The notes: generated from the letters alone by a model not told the origin. DNA of 64,000 nt from Octopus vulgaris (GCA_951406725.2 OX597821.1:26350001-26414000); one strand, 5' to 3'; counted from the stretch's first letter, positions 1-13,073 are shown. Translations and numbers: made by a program.

Positions 1-207
1 CATACACAAATATATATATATATATGTTTACACACACGCACTCTCACTCACATACATATTTTGTCTCCTGAAAATAAAAACGCTTGTGTACCATTAATCT
101 TTATATTAAAGCACTTTGCAGAATTATTGTAAAGAAACATACATAGACAAAATATATTTATGTTAATCGATATACATGATATTATGTACATAATTGCACA
201 TACGAAC

Positions 208-454
208 CTGACCCTGTTTCGCAGCGGCTCCTGGCGGAACACACATTACCGAAGTCTATATTTAAAAGATAAATAGCAATATATCGATATATTTCTGTTC
301 AGTTTTGTGTACCGTACGGTATTGGATACACCACTGGAAGGCTGACGTTGCGGCAGTTTCGCTCCTTGGTTTTTTCCCATTTAAGAAGTCCCTAACAATA
401 CCACATCCTATTGACTGATCCGTAGAATCCTCCCTTCCGACTACCACTAATTAT
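208..454 (-). other. Candidate exon of a minus-strand host gene (possible first coding exon MCVPPGAAAKQGQ at 246-208)
   Basis: Non-repetitive, CpG-containing sequence. Acceptor ttctttttcacacgacAG ends at 455 on the minus strand and donor CAG|GTTCGT lies at 208/207. ATG at 246 gives 13 codons in phase 0. No homology recognised. Confidence 0.3.
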
Positions 455-733
455 CTGTCGTGTGAAAAAGAATCTCCACGCATTTGTGTCCAGTTATTTG
501 GAAGACTTGAGGAAGACAAGTGAGGTTTATCTATTTGGAATCATGATAAAGCAATATATAAAACAATGAGATCTTTTAGTATAAAACTATTTGAAATTAT
601 CATTGGAACGACAAAGACGTCGGCGACCACCAACATCACCAGCAACAGCACCACCACCAGCACCACCAGCACTAGCGCCACAACCACCACCATTATCACC
701 ATCACTGCCGCAGCCGCCGCCGTTACCGATACC

Positions 734-947
734 TATTTCTTTACTACCCACAAGGGGCCAAACAAGGACAGACAAACGGATTAAGTCGATTACATCGACT
801 CCAGTGCGTAACTGGTACTTAATTTATCGACCCCGAAAGGATGAAAGGCAAAGTCGACCTCGGCGGAATTTGAACTCAGAACGTAACGGCAGACGAAATA
901 CCGGTAAGCATTTCGCCCGGCGTGCTAACGTTTCTGCTAGCTCGCCG
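734..947 (-). mobile_element. tRNA-derived SINE with Deu/Nin-like central domain, full length, with TSD
   Basis: Minus strand has head GGCGAGCTAGCAGAAACGTTAGC, B-box GAGTTCAAATTCC and core GTCGACTTTGCCTTTCATCCTTTCGGGGTCGATAAATTAAGTACCAG. Flanking repeat ttacc(g/a)atacc at 723-733 and 948-958. Confidence 0.85.
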
Positions 948-1165
948 TTACCAATACCACCATACTCACCTTTATCAACAACACCGCTACCATGCCGTCG
1001 ACGGCACCCATCCCCACCATCATTGCTCGATAGATGTGCTTTTCTGGTTTTTTGAGGGGTTTCGTCGGAGGCCAATTGTTTGAACTGGAGCTCTCGTCGC
1101 TGGTGCTGGAGTGCAATGATTGAAAAAACTTATATTTTTCCTGGTATTTAACTCTGTGCGTTAAT

Positions 1166-1365
1166 GATGGCTTCCCTCTGATCACGTGTCAGTGACGAGA
1201 GAGTCATCTCTCTCATCTTGTTCTTCATACTTTCTGTTTTTCTCTGCCACCCTTCCCTATTCTTTTCCTCTCCCCTTCACCATTCCTCTCTTTTCCTCCT
1301 CCTCCTCCTCCTCCTCCTCCTCCTCGACTCTCTCGTCACTGACACGTGATCAGAGGGAAGGCATC
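1166..1365. repeat. 35-bp perfect inverted repeat around a pyrimidine-rich spacer
   Basis: cttccctctgatcacgtgtcagtgacgagagagtc (1171-1205) is the exact reverse complement of 1326-1360. Confidence 0.9.
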
Positions 1366-1844
1366 TTTCTAACTACTATCTTCACCAAGACAAGACCGCT
1401 TATCCTGTCTCTCTAATAGGCTGTCTCCTCAAGCGTTCAGAATAATTTTTCCATCGTCTTGACTTAACAACCCTCATCGTTTGTTTTCACTGTGTTATTC
1501 TCTTTGTTCTGTGTTTAACTGTTTTTACTTTTATTGTTTTTACTGTCTTGTTTTGTTCTTACTGTCCTGTTTTTGTTACCACTTTTACCCATCCGCAAAA
1601 AATCCCAAATTGTATTTAATTTGCTTTGCGAGAAGGACTGTTTCAACGAAGTCGCGTCTTGTCCTTACATTTAGAACGCGGAGTAGACGAAACAGGGACA
1701 ACGGAAGAAGGGGAATATTCCTTATGTTGTATGTCTTGTACTCTGTTTTTTCGTTGTTTGAAAAGAAAAGTTCGTTTCCATGTTTTTGTTTTTATGTTTT
1801 CGTTTCTCATTGTGTTCAACGTTTTTTTGTCCTATACCCATATA

Positions 1845-1912
<68 letters not shown>

Positions 1913-1923
<11 letters not shown>

Positions 1924-2100
1924 AGAATGTACGAACCCCCCCCCCAAAAAAAAAAAGATGTGTGTCCCTTTCTGTAGAAGAGCGTAGGCTCGAAACGTAA
2001 AAGACTTTTACTATTCCTGAGCGTTATACTAATACACCTGTTTGTTTTGTACACCGCCTGTCTTTGTCTTTTGTTTTTTTCGTACACTCTCCCTATATAT
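1913..2100 (+). mobile_element. Short PLE-end/retrozyme-like element in (TA)n with inverted terminal copy and a minimal hammerhead
   Basis: atatagggagaatgtacgaa (~1916-1935) is an inverted copy (1 mismatch) of ttcgtacactctccctatat (2079-2098). Internal hammerhead-like motif at 1964-2005. Confidence 0.65.
1964..2005 (+). ncRNA. Minimal type-I hammerhead ribozyme-like motif (variant core)
   Basis: cttt-CTGTAGA-A-GAGC gtag GCTC-GAAA-CG-TA-aaag: stem I cttt/aaag, stem II GAGC/GCTC, palindromic ACGU stem III as in PLE minimal hammerheads. A6 is replaced by U. Confidence 0.55.
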
Positions 2101-2277
2101 ATCACACGCTTACCTAGTCGCACATTGTTGATCCTATCTTTTCTTACCACTACGAACTTCTCCACTGGACTCTTTACCTACTCTTTATCTACCATTTACG
2201 GATTCGTTTGGATATTTACCCTCCGGCTGCACCTCTCCTACACACGGATCACAATGGACTCTACTCTTGATGAGATA

Positions 2278-2315
<38 letters not shown>

Positions 2316-2793
2316 CATGTAGATATAGGTATGTACATATATGTATGTATATATTTATATATTTATATATTATTTATATTATATTTATATTATATTATAT
2401 ATATGCATATATGAAAGAACAGAACGTGTCCAGGAGTTTAAATATACGTTTTAATAGCTAGCTTTTAGAACCGTATTCCTTGGAGGTTGACAAACAAAGA
2501 GAAAAATAAAGAGAAATATGTCTGATTGCTCGGACACTTATTTCCTAGAAGTGTCCGAAATACGCGAATTAATGTGTGTGTATATGTGCATGTGTGGTGT
2601 ATATATATATATATATATTTGTGTGTGTGTGTGTGATTATGCATCCATGTTTGCATTTACCACATGGGGTACATGTGAGGTACTGCATATATATATTAGT
2701 ATAAATATTTATCTTAGCGAAATCTCACGTAGAAACTAATGAGGCGTGTCACGTAACTCCATTGTTATCGTAGCAGTTAAGTAACAAAAGATA

Positions 2794-2845
<52 letters not shown>

Positions 2846-3097
2846 CTAAAAACAAAACCGAAAAAAAAGAACAGATTAAAGCAAAATAATATAAATAAAT
2901 AAATTTTAAAAAAAACATATATCAGCTCCACCCTGTATTGTTTATCATATGAACACTCGGTTATAGACGTTAATATTTTCAGGTGTGTATTCTTATGAAC
3001 AGCATCTACCACGTGCCCCACCTCTTTCCCTCTTTCCTTCTAATTCTCTTTTCCCACGTTTGCATGTATGTAGAAACTCCAGCATACCTATAAACAA

Positions 3098-3122
3098 GTA
3101 CACACACATACACACACTCACA

Positions 3123-3184
<62 letters not shown>

Positions 3185-3900
3185 TATATATTTATACACA
3201 TAAATACAGATGTAGCAATCGAACAGAAACACGTACCATACATATAGATAAATGCACACACACACGTTTTTGTGTCTGCGCGTATGTATGTATATATACA
3301 CATACACATACACACATGCACACATGTATATATATATACATATACATAGATACATGCATACACACACACACACATGCACATACATATATTCTTATACATA
3401 AATATGTAAATTAAACACACACTCAAATACACACACACTCACATATATATATACACACGCACATACGCACTCACACACACACATACACACACACTCACAC
3501 ATATATATATATACACGCACATAGGCACTCACACACACTCACACACACACACACACTCTCATATATATATATACACACGCACATACGCACTCACACACAC
3601 ACACATACATACACACTCACATACACACACACTCACATATATATATACACACGCACATACGCACTCACACACACACACATACACACACTCACTCACATAC
3701 ACACACACTCACATATATATATATATATACACACGCACATACGCACTCACACACACACATATACACACACACATACACTCACATACACACACACTCACAT
3801 ATATATATATATACACACGCACATATGCACTCACACACACACACACACATATACGCGTATATATTTATGTATGTTTATAAATATGAACACACACATACAC
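3098..3900. repeat. Compound (CA)n/(TA)n microsatellite field with a higher-order unit (acacacgcacatacgcact...)
   Basis: Directly visible; the unit recurs about 6 times at 3440-3840. Confidence 0.9.
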
Positions 3901-4159
3901 ACACACTGAGAAACAGATTATCACGTGTAAGTGCACTTGCGTGGTGACGTAAAATGCTTCCCGCTATTTGCTAATTAGGCCAAAAGACTACATTAGTTGT
4001 TGTTTAACGCCACGTCAACACTGATTGAGCTGAGCAATGATTAGGTGCATTTCAGCCGTGGCCAATCCATTTTTTCCGATGTACTGGTAGCCTAAGACCA
4101 CTTTATCCAATGTATCCTCTTCTAGGGTAGCTGGGTAGAGAGCACATATTATTTATAGA

Positions 4160-4615
4160 TCTTATTTCTTTATTGCCCACAAGGGGCTAAACATAGGCGG
4201 GACAAACAAGGACAGACCCCAGTGTGTAACTAGTACTTAATTTATCGACCCCGAAAGGATTTCAGGCAAAGTCGATCTCGGCGGAATTTAAACTCAGAAC
4301 GTAGCGGCAGACGATATACCTATTTCTTTACTACCGACAAGGGGCTAAACACAGAGAGGACAAACAGGGACAGACAAACGGATTAAGTCGATTATATCGG
4401 CCCCAGTGCATAACTGGTACAGAGCACATCGGGCAAAATGCTTAGCGACATTTCATCCGTATTTACGTTCTGAGTTCAAATTCTACCGTGGTCGACTGTA
4501 CCTATCATCCTTCCGGGGTTGATAAAATAAGTACTAGTTGAGTATTGGAGTCGATGTAACCGACTTACACCCTCCCTCGACATTGCTGGCCTTGTGCCAA
4601 AATTTGAAACCAATA
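4160..4615. mobile_element. Cluster of Deu/Nin-like SINE copies (two tandem minus-strand pieces inside or adjacent to a plus-strand copy)
   Basis: 4160-4320 and 4321-4420 match the 734-947 SINE. 4430-4615 is an older plus-strand copy (B-box gagttcaaattc, core cctatcatccttccggggttgataaaataagtac). Confidence 0.75.
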
Positions 4616-6180
4616 TCTGAGTGGAGTCTGGCAACTGACTGAGTCTTGAAAGTGTTACTTTCTCGGTCAGAGCGATGTTGCTGTATATATTGTGACCGAT
4701 AATCTTCTGCGACCTTGGCTAAGACATTTAATTTAATGCCTTGATTCACCAAATCTAAAATACTATTCGAAGATACAAATCATCTAGTTGTAAATAAATA
4801 CATTATGAACTACACTTTACTAAATTCAGCAATAAGGACACCGTAAATGAAATAACTTAACTTCCAGAGCTAAAACACTTCTTTAACAAGTCATTTCATT
4901 TCATTTACTTTCAGAGAAATTTCTTATTAAATTGTTACACAGAGTTGATAACTGATCAGGGTTTGAAGCTATCGATGCAAATTAGCATACATCAGCCTTG
5001 CTTTAAAATTAACTTCGAGGGCTCTATTGTCTGATTAATAAGCTAATGTCAAACTTTTGAGTTGCTTATACTTCACCAATTCCAGATTTTCTCGAACACA
5101 CACAACAGACCTTGTAATTCCAATATTACGTTTAGTACTTTAATATTTATAATAATCTCAGAATTTTAGGCATCAGTCTGCGTAAAGAATTTAATATACT
5201 ACTTGATTCACGCACTTTTCTTCCTATCAAATAATATACCTTGTTTTGGGTTTAAAATCCTGTATTAAATATCTTGTCTAAACCTTCATTCACAGCCTTG
5301 CAAATCTTCAAAATTCTCTAAGTACAATTTACTCACACTCTTTCTACGGATACCAACGAATAAAAGTTCAATAAATTCACGTATCAACCGCTTTTGTCCT
5401 TCTGCATAGGATCAAATGGATAACGAACATATAAAGCTGTTAGAGTGTCGGATAGAACATCTTGCGCTCTGAACTCAAATTTAGCCGAGGTCATCTTTCC
5501 CCTTCATCCGGTCGGGGTCGATAAAAACGTACTATTCCAGGGCGGTCAATTATTGGAACTGTAAGAAAGTTGAATCGGATGTCTTGCAGTACTTGTTTTG
5601 GCCCTTTGCACTATGAAATCAAATCTTGTTTTGGCCTGCTGTGATGCTAGGTTAAGGTTTAAACTCTCATCTGGTCTTAAATCGCCATCTAGCAAATTTG
5701 TGTGTCGGCAGTATAGTTCACTCTGTTGTAAAGATTCAGGCCAAGTCTCTGATTTGAGAATACCGTCCTCTATCCTTCCCACCAGTATAGGAGGCCCTGA
5801 AAAGGGCCATGGGCATTGCTTTCCCTCCTGACTAAAAGCTTTAAAATGTATATGAAAGTATTAGGCTAACTCAGCGAAAGAAATATCCGCATGACGTTTA
5901 CGTTCTGTTCACTGAGGTAGGTTCCCGGACACAACGATATATGAACGTTATAACGTTATAATAAATAGAATATACACAAAACTGAAACCAATCAATAAGT
6001 TCAGTCTCTCATCATATCAGATTAGTTATTTAGAGAACTGAATGGAAATTGAAGAATAGTTTGGCGACTTATAGGATGCCGATAAAAAAAAACAACTCTC
6101 AAAATCCTTAACCATAAATCGCAAGCAACTATGAGTTGGTAGTATGTAACAGGCCTTCGTTATTTGTTTTAAATGCCTAT

Positions 6181-6565
6181 GGATGGAAGCACTCCGTCGG
6201 TTACGACGACGAGGGTTCCGGTTGATCCGAATCAACGGAACAGCCTGCTCGTGAAATTAACGTGTAAGTGGCTGAGCACTCCACAGACACGTGTACCCTT
6301 AACGTAGTTCTCGGGATATTCAGCGTGACACAGAGAGTGACAAGGCCGGCCCTTTGAAATACAGGTACAACAGAAACAGGAAGTAAGAGTGAGAGAAAGT
6401 TGTGGTGAAAGAGTACAGCAGGGATCACCACCATCCCCTGCCGGAGCCTCGTGGAGCTTTAGGTGTTTTCGCTCAATAAACACTCACAACGCCCGGTCTG
6501 GGAATCGAAACCGCGATCCTATGACCGCGAGTCCGCTGCCCTAACCACTGGGCCATTGCGCCTCC
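6181..6565 (-). mobile_element. Young full-length tRNA-derived SINE with 11-bp TSD
   Basis: Minus-strand head GGAGGCGCAATGGCCCAGTGGTTAGG (A-box) ... GGTTTCGATTCCC (B-box). TSD taaatgcctat at 6170-6180 and 6566-6576. Confidence 0.85.
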
Positions 6566-6994
6566 TAAATGCCTATATATAGCAAGTAGATACAGACACT
6601 TTCTCGGCCCTTCCAATACTGACTCATCCAGTAAATAACAGATGGGGAAGAGAGTGAAGGAGAAAGAGAGAGAGAGGTGGTGGTGGGGCTCTGGCAGTAC
6701 TTGACAGGTACTTATTTTCAGCTGAAACGAGATACTTTACTCAAGGACAAAACACTCTGCCCAATCCAGGAATGGAACCTACGGCCTAATGATCGTGAGT
6801 CTAATGCCCAAACCATTAGGCCACGCGACTTCAAATCATATCACTTGAGAATAAACAACATGGTCCAATACTCTTCTACTTCTGTCTATGGTTACCAAAT
6901 ATTACTCACAATAAATACCATTTCAAAGACTTCCGTTATTTTAATCTGTCACTCGTAAAGCTTAAGATTCCGTACGAGTTTAAGTTTGCTTTAA

Positions 6995-7385
6995 TTACTC
7001 TTTTACTCTTTACTCTTTTACTTGTTTCAGTCATTTGACTGCGGCCATGCTGGAGCACCGCCTTTAGTCGAGCAAATCGACCCCGGGACTTATTCTTTGT
7101 AAGCCCAGTACTTATTCTATCGGTCTCTTTTGCCGAACCGCTAAGTGACGGGGACGTAAACACACCAGCATCGGTTGTCAAGTAATGCTAAGGGGACAGA
7201 CACACAAACACACACACATACATATATATATACATATATACGACAGGCTTCTTTCTGTTTCCGTCTATCAAATCCACTCACAAGGCATTGGTCGGCCCGG
7301 GGCTATAGCAGAAGACACTTGCCCAAGAACCCGGAACCATGTGGTTGGTTAGCAAGCTACTTACCACACAGCTACTACTGCGCCT
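6995..7385 (-). mobile_element. CORE-type (octopus OR-like) SINE with internal microsatellite
   Basis: Head ggcgcagtagtagctgtgtggtaag, CORE-like cttgggcaagtgtcttct, internal (TA)/(GT) tract and tail gactgaaacaagtaaaagagtaaaagag. Matches copies at 47119 and 50820. Confidence 0.85.
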
Positions 7386-7729
7386 AATTGCCAATTTTTG
7401 TTGCTCACTAATATTTAGGAAAGAATTAAGCGCTATAATTCACCAATGAATATCTGCCATTCATTGAACGCAACAATGTGAAGATTGTTTGCAACTTTAA
7501 CACATATGCTTCTTTATTAATGGTCAATTCTCCACTGAATTCTTCCTTGACAATTCTATCTTCCAGTTTTTTTGTATATTATTTACTGCCTAGGATGGAA
7601 GAGCTAATCTCGTAATTTTTAAGCCGATTTGGGATTAATTGTTGGATAATTGGATGATATTAGTGTAGTAAGGCTTTTTTGATGGAACAGAAAACCGTGT
7701 TACTGAAAAGAATTATCGGGAGGAGACGG

Positions 7730-7796
<67 letters not shown>

Positions 7797-9706
7797 CAAT
7801 AACAGCGAATAATCGAAGTTATTTTTTAATACTTTGTAATAGGCAATAAAGCAGCGGATAAGCAGAGTTACTAGAGCATCGGATAGAACACTTTGCGTTA
7901 ATTGTTCTGGTTTTCTACTCCCTGAGTTCAAATCCCGCCACATTCAACTTTACCTTACTCAATTTCAGTGTTGATAAATGAAATACCACTCAACTGCTAG
8001 TGTTGATTCATCTTCTCTGTTCTTCTTCCCTCTGTCTGGAAGAAACTGGATATTGTCCCGGAACGGTATGAGATTCACAAAAATTAAAACACCCAAGACG
8101 TCTTAATCTTACTTATACAACTTCATTTGAAGTTTAGGGCCGGATGAAGAGATAGGCAAAAGCATAAATTATTTTGATAAATCAGAAAGCCAATATAATA
8201 AAGCGGCTTATTTGATCAACCCATAAAAAGTTGATCTAGAGAGATTTGAACTCAAAATTTAAAGGCTTCGACTAAATAATACGTTAGCCACTTAATTAAC
8301 CCCTCCTAAAAAAGAGATATAAAGATTAAGGAATTAAAATGGTAAAAGATTTTGGTTGTGCCACAGGCAAGTATGTTCTGTTGTGGGCGGCTGACTTAAA
8401 CCGTTACTCAGTTTAACAGCAGTACTTGACACCTTGAGTATCTTTAGAAGAAGCCACTCTGCTGACATTCGGGTATGTCTCAGATCTGCGGATAACATCT
8501 CCTTTTCTTTGTACTACTCATTGAGGCCCAGCAAAAAGCCAGGGCACTACCTTCTCCCCTGACTATAATATATTTTTTTAAATGCTCTCACAATTATAAC
8601 GTTATTATATATATCAAAAGACAGCCCCACAAAAAAAAAAAAACCCAAAAAAACTATCCCTATGGGTAGCTGAAATATAAATTCTCCCATCACTTAACTT
8701 ATTCACTTATCATCTTATCACTCAAGTGAAGTTATGTTGAACTCACAAGCATCTTAAACCCTAAAAGGGAGATACAACACATAAATGGGGTGTACTCCAC
8801 TTAGATATTTCTCAACTCCATAGAGGGAGTTATACTTACTTTTGGGATCCCTTGACATTAGAGATAGAAGTGTACCTCACCTTCAGATCTCTTAGCCCTA
8901 TAGATAGAGGTATGCCCCCCCCCCAAGAGATTCGTTAACCCTGTGGATAGAGACTTGTATCTCGTACTTGTACTTGTGGTGGAAATTCACCCGGAGTGGA
9001 TTGAACCGGCTCCGACCAATAAGTTCACCTCGTTCCGCATAAATGTTGAATAGTTCTAACAAAATTTGACAAATTCCTCACCGAGAAAGCAAGCGCGTCG
9101 GATTGCGCGGACCCCGTAGTCGTAGTCATCGTTTGCTCTTGAGGTGCAGAGTTCATGTTCGGAGTTTCAGTAGGAATAGAAATTCACATGTGGCCATCAG
9201 TCACATGCTTACAGACCTTAGGATACTGTGATCCGTAGCAGCTCATCTTGCCGTCGATTGTTGACCGTTGCAGAGGATTCGATGACCAAGCCACCGCCGA
9301 TTATCGGAACAGACGTAACCTGTGAGTTTTAGAGACATGCTTTAAGAAAATCTAAGGGATGCCTCACTCACAGAGGTTTTTCAGCACGTCGGGCACCAAC
9401 CCAGAAACTCTGTCCATGTTATTGTTAGATAGTCGTTAAATCTACATTATGTTCGTCCGTCCTTTTGATATGTCTTGCTTTTAGTCCTGCTGGATTTCTA
9501 GCATTCCTCCCTCACCAGACAAGCCTAGTGGATGGGACGTGTCAGTTTAGTAGCCGACAACCAGACCATGCAACAAATTGTACTGGTTTCCATATTACTA
9601 GTAGCACTCATGAGAGACCTCCCATGACTTCACATTTGACTCTCGTAGAGATCTCTTAAATCTATAGATAGAAATGTACATCAACTTGAAATCTTTCATC
9701 TTTGTA

Positions 9707-10998
9707 TTGGGTTGGCAACTAAGTTCCCACCTTTTAAAAACTTTTGGAATTTATTGAGTTTTTAAATTTTGGAATCTATTTTTTTCGAGGATTCTATTTT
9801 TGAATCATTTTGGAATCTGTTTTTTTTTTAGTTAATTTTAGTCAATTTTTGTTTATTTTCAGATCATTAAAATGGAATGTCAAGTTAAGAAGAACGAGTA
9901 TTTTCGACACCACCTTCTTTTTGCTTTTCATCAAGGTTCTAAGGACGCAAAAGCTGCTCGCGACATTTGTGCTGTGTATGGAGAGGGTGCCATAGCTGAG
10001 AGAACCACTCGTGATTGCTATGCCAAGTTCAAAAATGGAAATTTTGACCTCAAAGACCTACCTCGTTCTCGCCGTCCAGTTGAGTTCGATAAAGAGCGAT
10101 TAAACCAACTTTTGCACGAAAATGCTCGTCAAACGACAAGGCAACTGGCAGAGAAAATGGAATGCTCCCACACTGCTGTAGAGAATCATTTTCACTCGAT
10201 GGGAAAGGTTCAGAGGTATGGAGCATGGGTTCCGCATGCTTTAAGTGACAACAGCAAAAATCAGTGGGCCACAATCTCCGCTGGTTTGCTTGCTTGTCAC
10301 CACTCAACTCATGGACACAAGCAATGATTTCTGTACCGAATCGTTACTGGCGACGAAAAATGGTGTCTGTACATCAATATGAAGCAGCGTAAGGAATGGC
10401 TTAGCCCCGGTAAACAAGCGAAACCACGTGTGAAACAAGATCTTCATCCGCGTAAAACGATGTCGTGCGTACGGTGGGACTGGGAAGGGATTATCCATTA
10501 TGAATTGTTTAATCGGAACCAAACAGTCAACATGGAACTTTATATTCAACAGATGGAACGACTCAACACAGCTATTCAAGAAAAAAGACCTAATCGCCAG
10601 CATGGAGTTCTTCTGCTGCACAACAACACCAGCCCTCATATCGCCAATATGACCAAGGAAGCCATTCAAACGCATGGCTGGGAAGTGCTGCCACACCCAC
10701 CGTACTCTCCTGATTTGGCACCAACGGATTTCCACCTCTTTCGATCTCTTTCAAATGGTATGCGCGGATTTTATTCAATACTGATGCAGAATTGAGAGCT
10801 TGGTTGGATCAATTTTTCGAGTCGAAATCGGGTGATTTCTACCAACGAGGTATGGAAAATCTTGTAGAACGTTGGAAAGAAGTTGTAAACATCAAGGGTG
10901 AATACATTATTGATTAATTAGTTGTTATTTTTTATATTAAACCTTTAAAAAAATATAAATCAAAAAAAAAAACGGCGAGAACTTAGTTACCAACCAAA
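9707..10998 (+). mobile_element. Full-length mariner transposon (mellifera-like TIR), TA target duplication
   Basis: TIRs ttgggttggcaactaagttc / gaacttagttaccaaccaaa, TA at 9705-9706 and 10999-11000, ~1.29 kb, transposase inside. Confidence 0.93.
9872..10917 (+). pseudogene. Mariner D,D34D transposase pseudogene
   Basis: HTH N-terminus, WVPHAL, TGDEKW and YSPDLAPTD motifs. In-frame TGA at 10325-10327, second catalytic D changed (HNNTS for HDNA), frameshift near 10770, C-terminus ...GEYIID* at 10917. Confidence 0.93.
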
Positions 10999-11357
10999 TA
11001 GATAGAACTGTACGTCTAAGCAACAACATACAAGAAAAGGTAACTCTATTGTTTGTATATGATACACACACCTGTCCGTCGAGGCAAGGCATTATACAAA
11101 GTAACGGTAAATAAATATTTCTTTACAACTTCGATCATTGTTCGTTCATCTTGCACATCTGCAACGGCAGCATTCGTTACAATCACTAACTGCCAACTCC
11201 AATATGTATAATAATGCAAACCGTTACATTTGCACACAACACCTTAGCAACAACCGTTACAATTGGTGACCCTCGACTGCAACGAAGAGCTAACCGTTAC
11301 ATACATACATGCATACATACATACATACATACATACATACATACATACATACATACA

Positions 11358-11389
<32 letters not shown>

Positions 11390-11464
11390 CATACATGTAT
11401 ATATTATATTATATTATATTATATTATATTATATTATATTATATTATATTATATTATATTATAT

Positions 11465-11526
<62 letters not shown>

Positions 11527-11530
<4 letters not shown>

Positions 11531-12062
11531 CTAATGTAGGATAAAAATTTTTTCGAAAAAATATTTTATTAATGGCCAGCATATCAAAAAATACCTTTAA
11601 AGGTTAAATTTATAAACAACTTATAAAATAAGGGCAAAAGAAAAATTCTAATGCCAAATATGCCGAAAAAAAGACAAAATTGTCAATAACCATTATAATT
11701 TATGCGTCTCGAAACATGCCGATAGAAATTTCTAAAAAATTCCGTTATTACCCTATTGGTCCTAATTTCGGGGTTAATTCATAAGAATTTTCCCCTCGTC
11801 AGCGATAAATACGTAAGACATAAATGAAATACTTACTCATACCGATGGAAAAAGCAAGCACTAAGTCCTGAGCAGACCTAAGTATCTCAAATATATTCAG
11901 AATAGAAAAACTTCAGCACATCTCGAGACACGTGTGATTCGATCCAGAAACTTTCACAGAGGGAGGGAATCCGGAAGTGGACACTATTAAATTTATAACT
12001 AATGTAGGATAAAATTATTTTCGAAAAAAATTTTTATCAATGGCCAGCATATTAAAAAAAAA
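11527..12062 (-). mobile_element. (TA)n-embedded 468-bp unit with terminal direct repeat and hammerhead core (retrozyme/PLE pLTR-like)
   Basis: ctaatgtaggataaaa...atggccagcata occurs at 11531 and 11999 (period 468). Both ends abut (TA)n. Minus-strand CTGACGA-stem II-GAAA lies at 11802-11766. The same end sequence recurs at 44204-44310. Confidence 0.7.
11740..11810 (-). ncRNA. Hammerhead ribozyme-like motif
   Basis: Minus strand: CTGACGA GGGG aa AATTC ttat GAATT aa CCCC GAAA TTA...TAA TA. Stem II is well formed; stem I is imperfect. Confidence 0.6.
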
Positions 12063-12814
12063 ATATATATATATATTGTTGTTTGTTTCTTCTCGAGCCA
12101 TGCCTGACTCGGGCCAGTTTCCCGGTTTCATTGGCGTATAAGATTCCCCACGACGGCTTCTTTCAGTTTTTGCCTACCAAATCTATTCACAAGGCTTTTC
12201 TTGATTCGGAGCTGTAGTAGAAGATATATGCCCAAGGTACTACGCAGTATGCTGTGGGACTGAACCCGATAACATTTGGCTGGAAAGTAAACATCTTTAC
12301 CACACAGCTATGCCTGCGCCTTAAGTTTTTTTTAAATAGAGGTGTACCTCTTTATAGATTCCCCCCACTATCTTCATAAACTGAAATGTACCTCATCGAG
12401 GAATACTCGAAGAAAAAAAAAAAAAAAAGAAAAGAAAAAGACAACTGAGAAGTTAGTTTCATTATTTGTCGGGTAGGAATCATTAACACGATAGCAATTA
12501 TTGATATAAAATTCTTGTCAGTAACAGCAGAAACAATCTCCACATCAAACAATAACCGCAGTAGCGTCAGCAAAGGTAATGATTGAAATTACATGGGGTG
12601 GGTGGGTACCAAATTTTGTCCAATCCATTCAGCTAAAAGCTTTGACTCCCACCTCACCGATTCAGTTCGATACATAATTCAGCAGATCGATGCAAAATAT
12701 TACATTTTATATGCTGTTCCTATTAATCAACCGCCATCACAGCTCTTATCGTCTGTCGAACAATAAACTACTTTTTTTTGCTTGTTTATTTTTATTTCTT
12801 TCTCTCATCTGTTT

Positions 12815-12846
12815 TTTTCTTTCTTTTCTTCTTTCTTCCTTCCTTC

Positions 12847-12923
<77 letters not shown>

Positions 12924-12972
12924 TTCCTTTCTTTCTTTTTCTCCCTTTTTTCTTAGTCTTTTTTCTCTAACC

Positions 12973-13043
<71 letters not shown>

Positions 13044-13073
13044 TCCTTCTTTCCTTCCTTCCTTCCTTCCTTC

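Noticed and set aside
2520-2570. 10-bp hairpin overlapping GAAA, preceded by CTGATTG
   Set aside because: Core lacks G8/A9 and no stem III or UH follows; too degenerate to call a ribozyme.
6490-6565. tRNA-like sequence with A and B boxes (also 46710-46783)
   Set aside because: Head of a SINE with body and TSD; not a tRNA gene.
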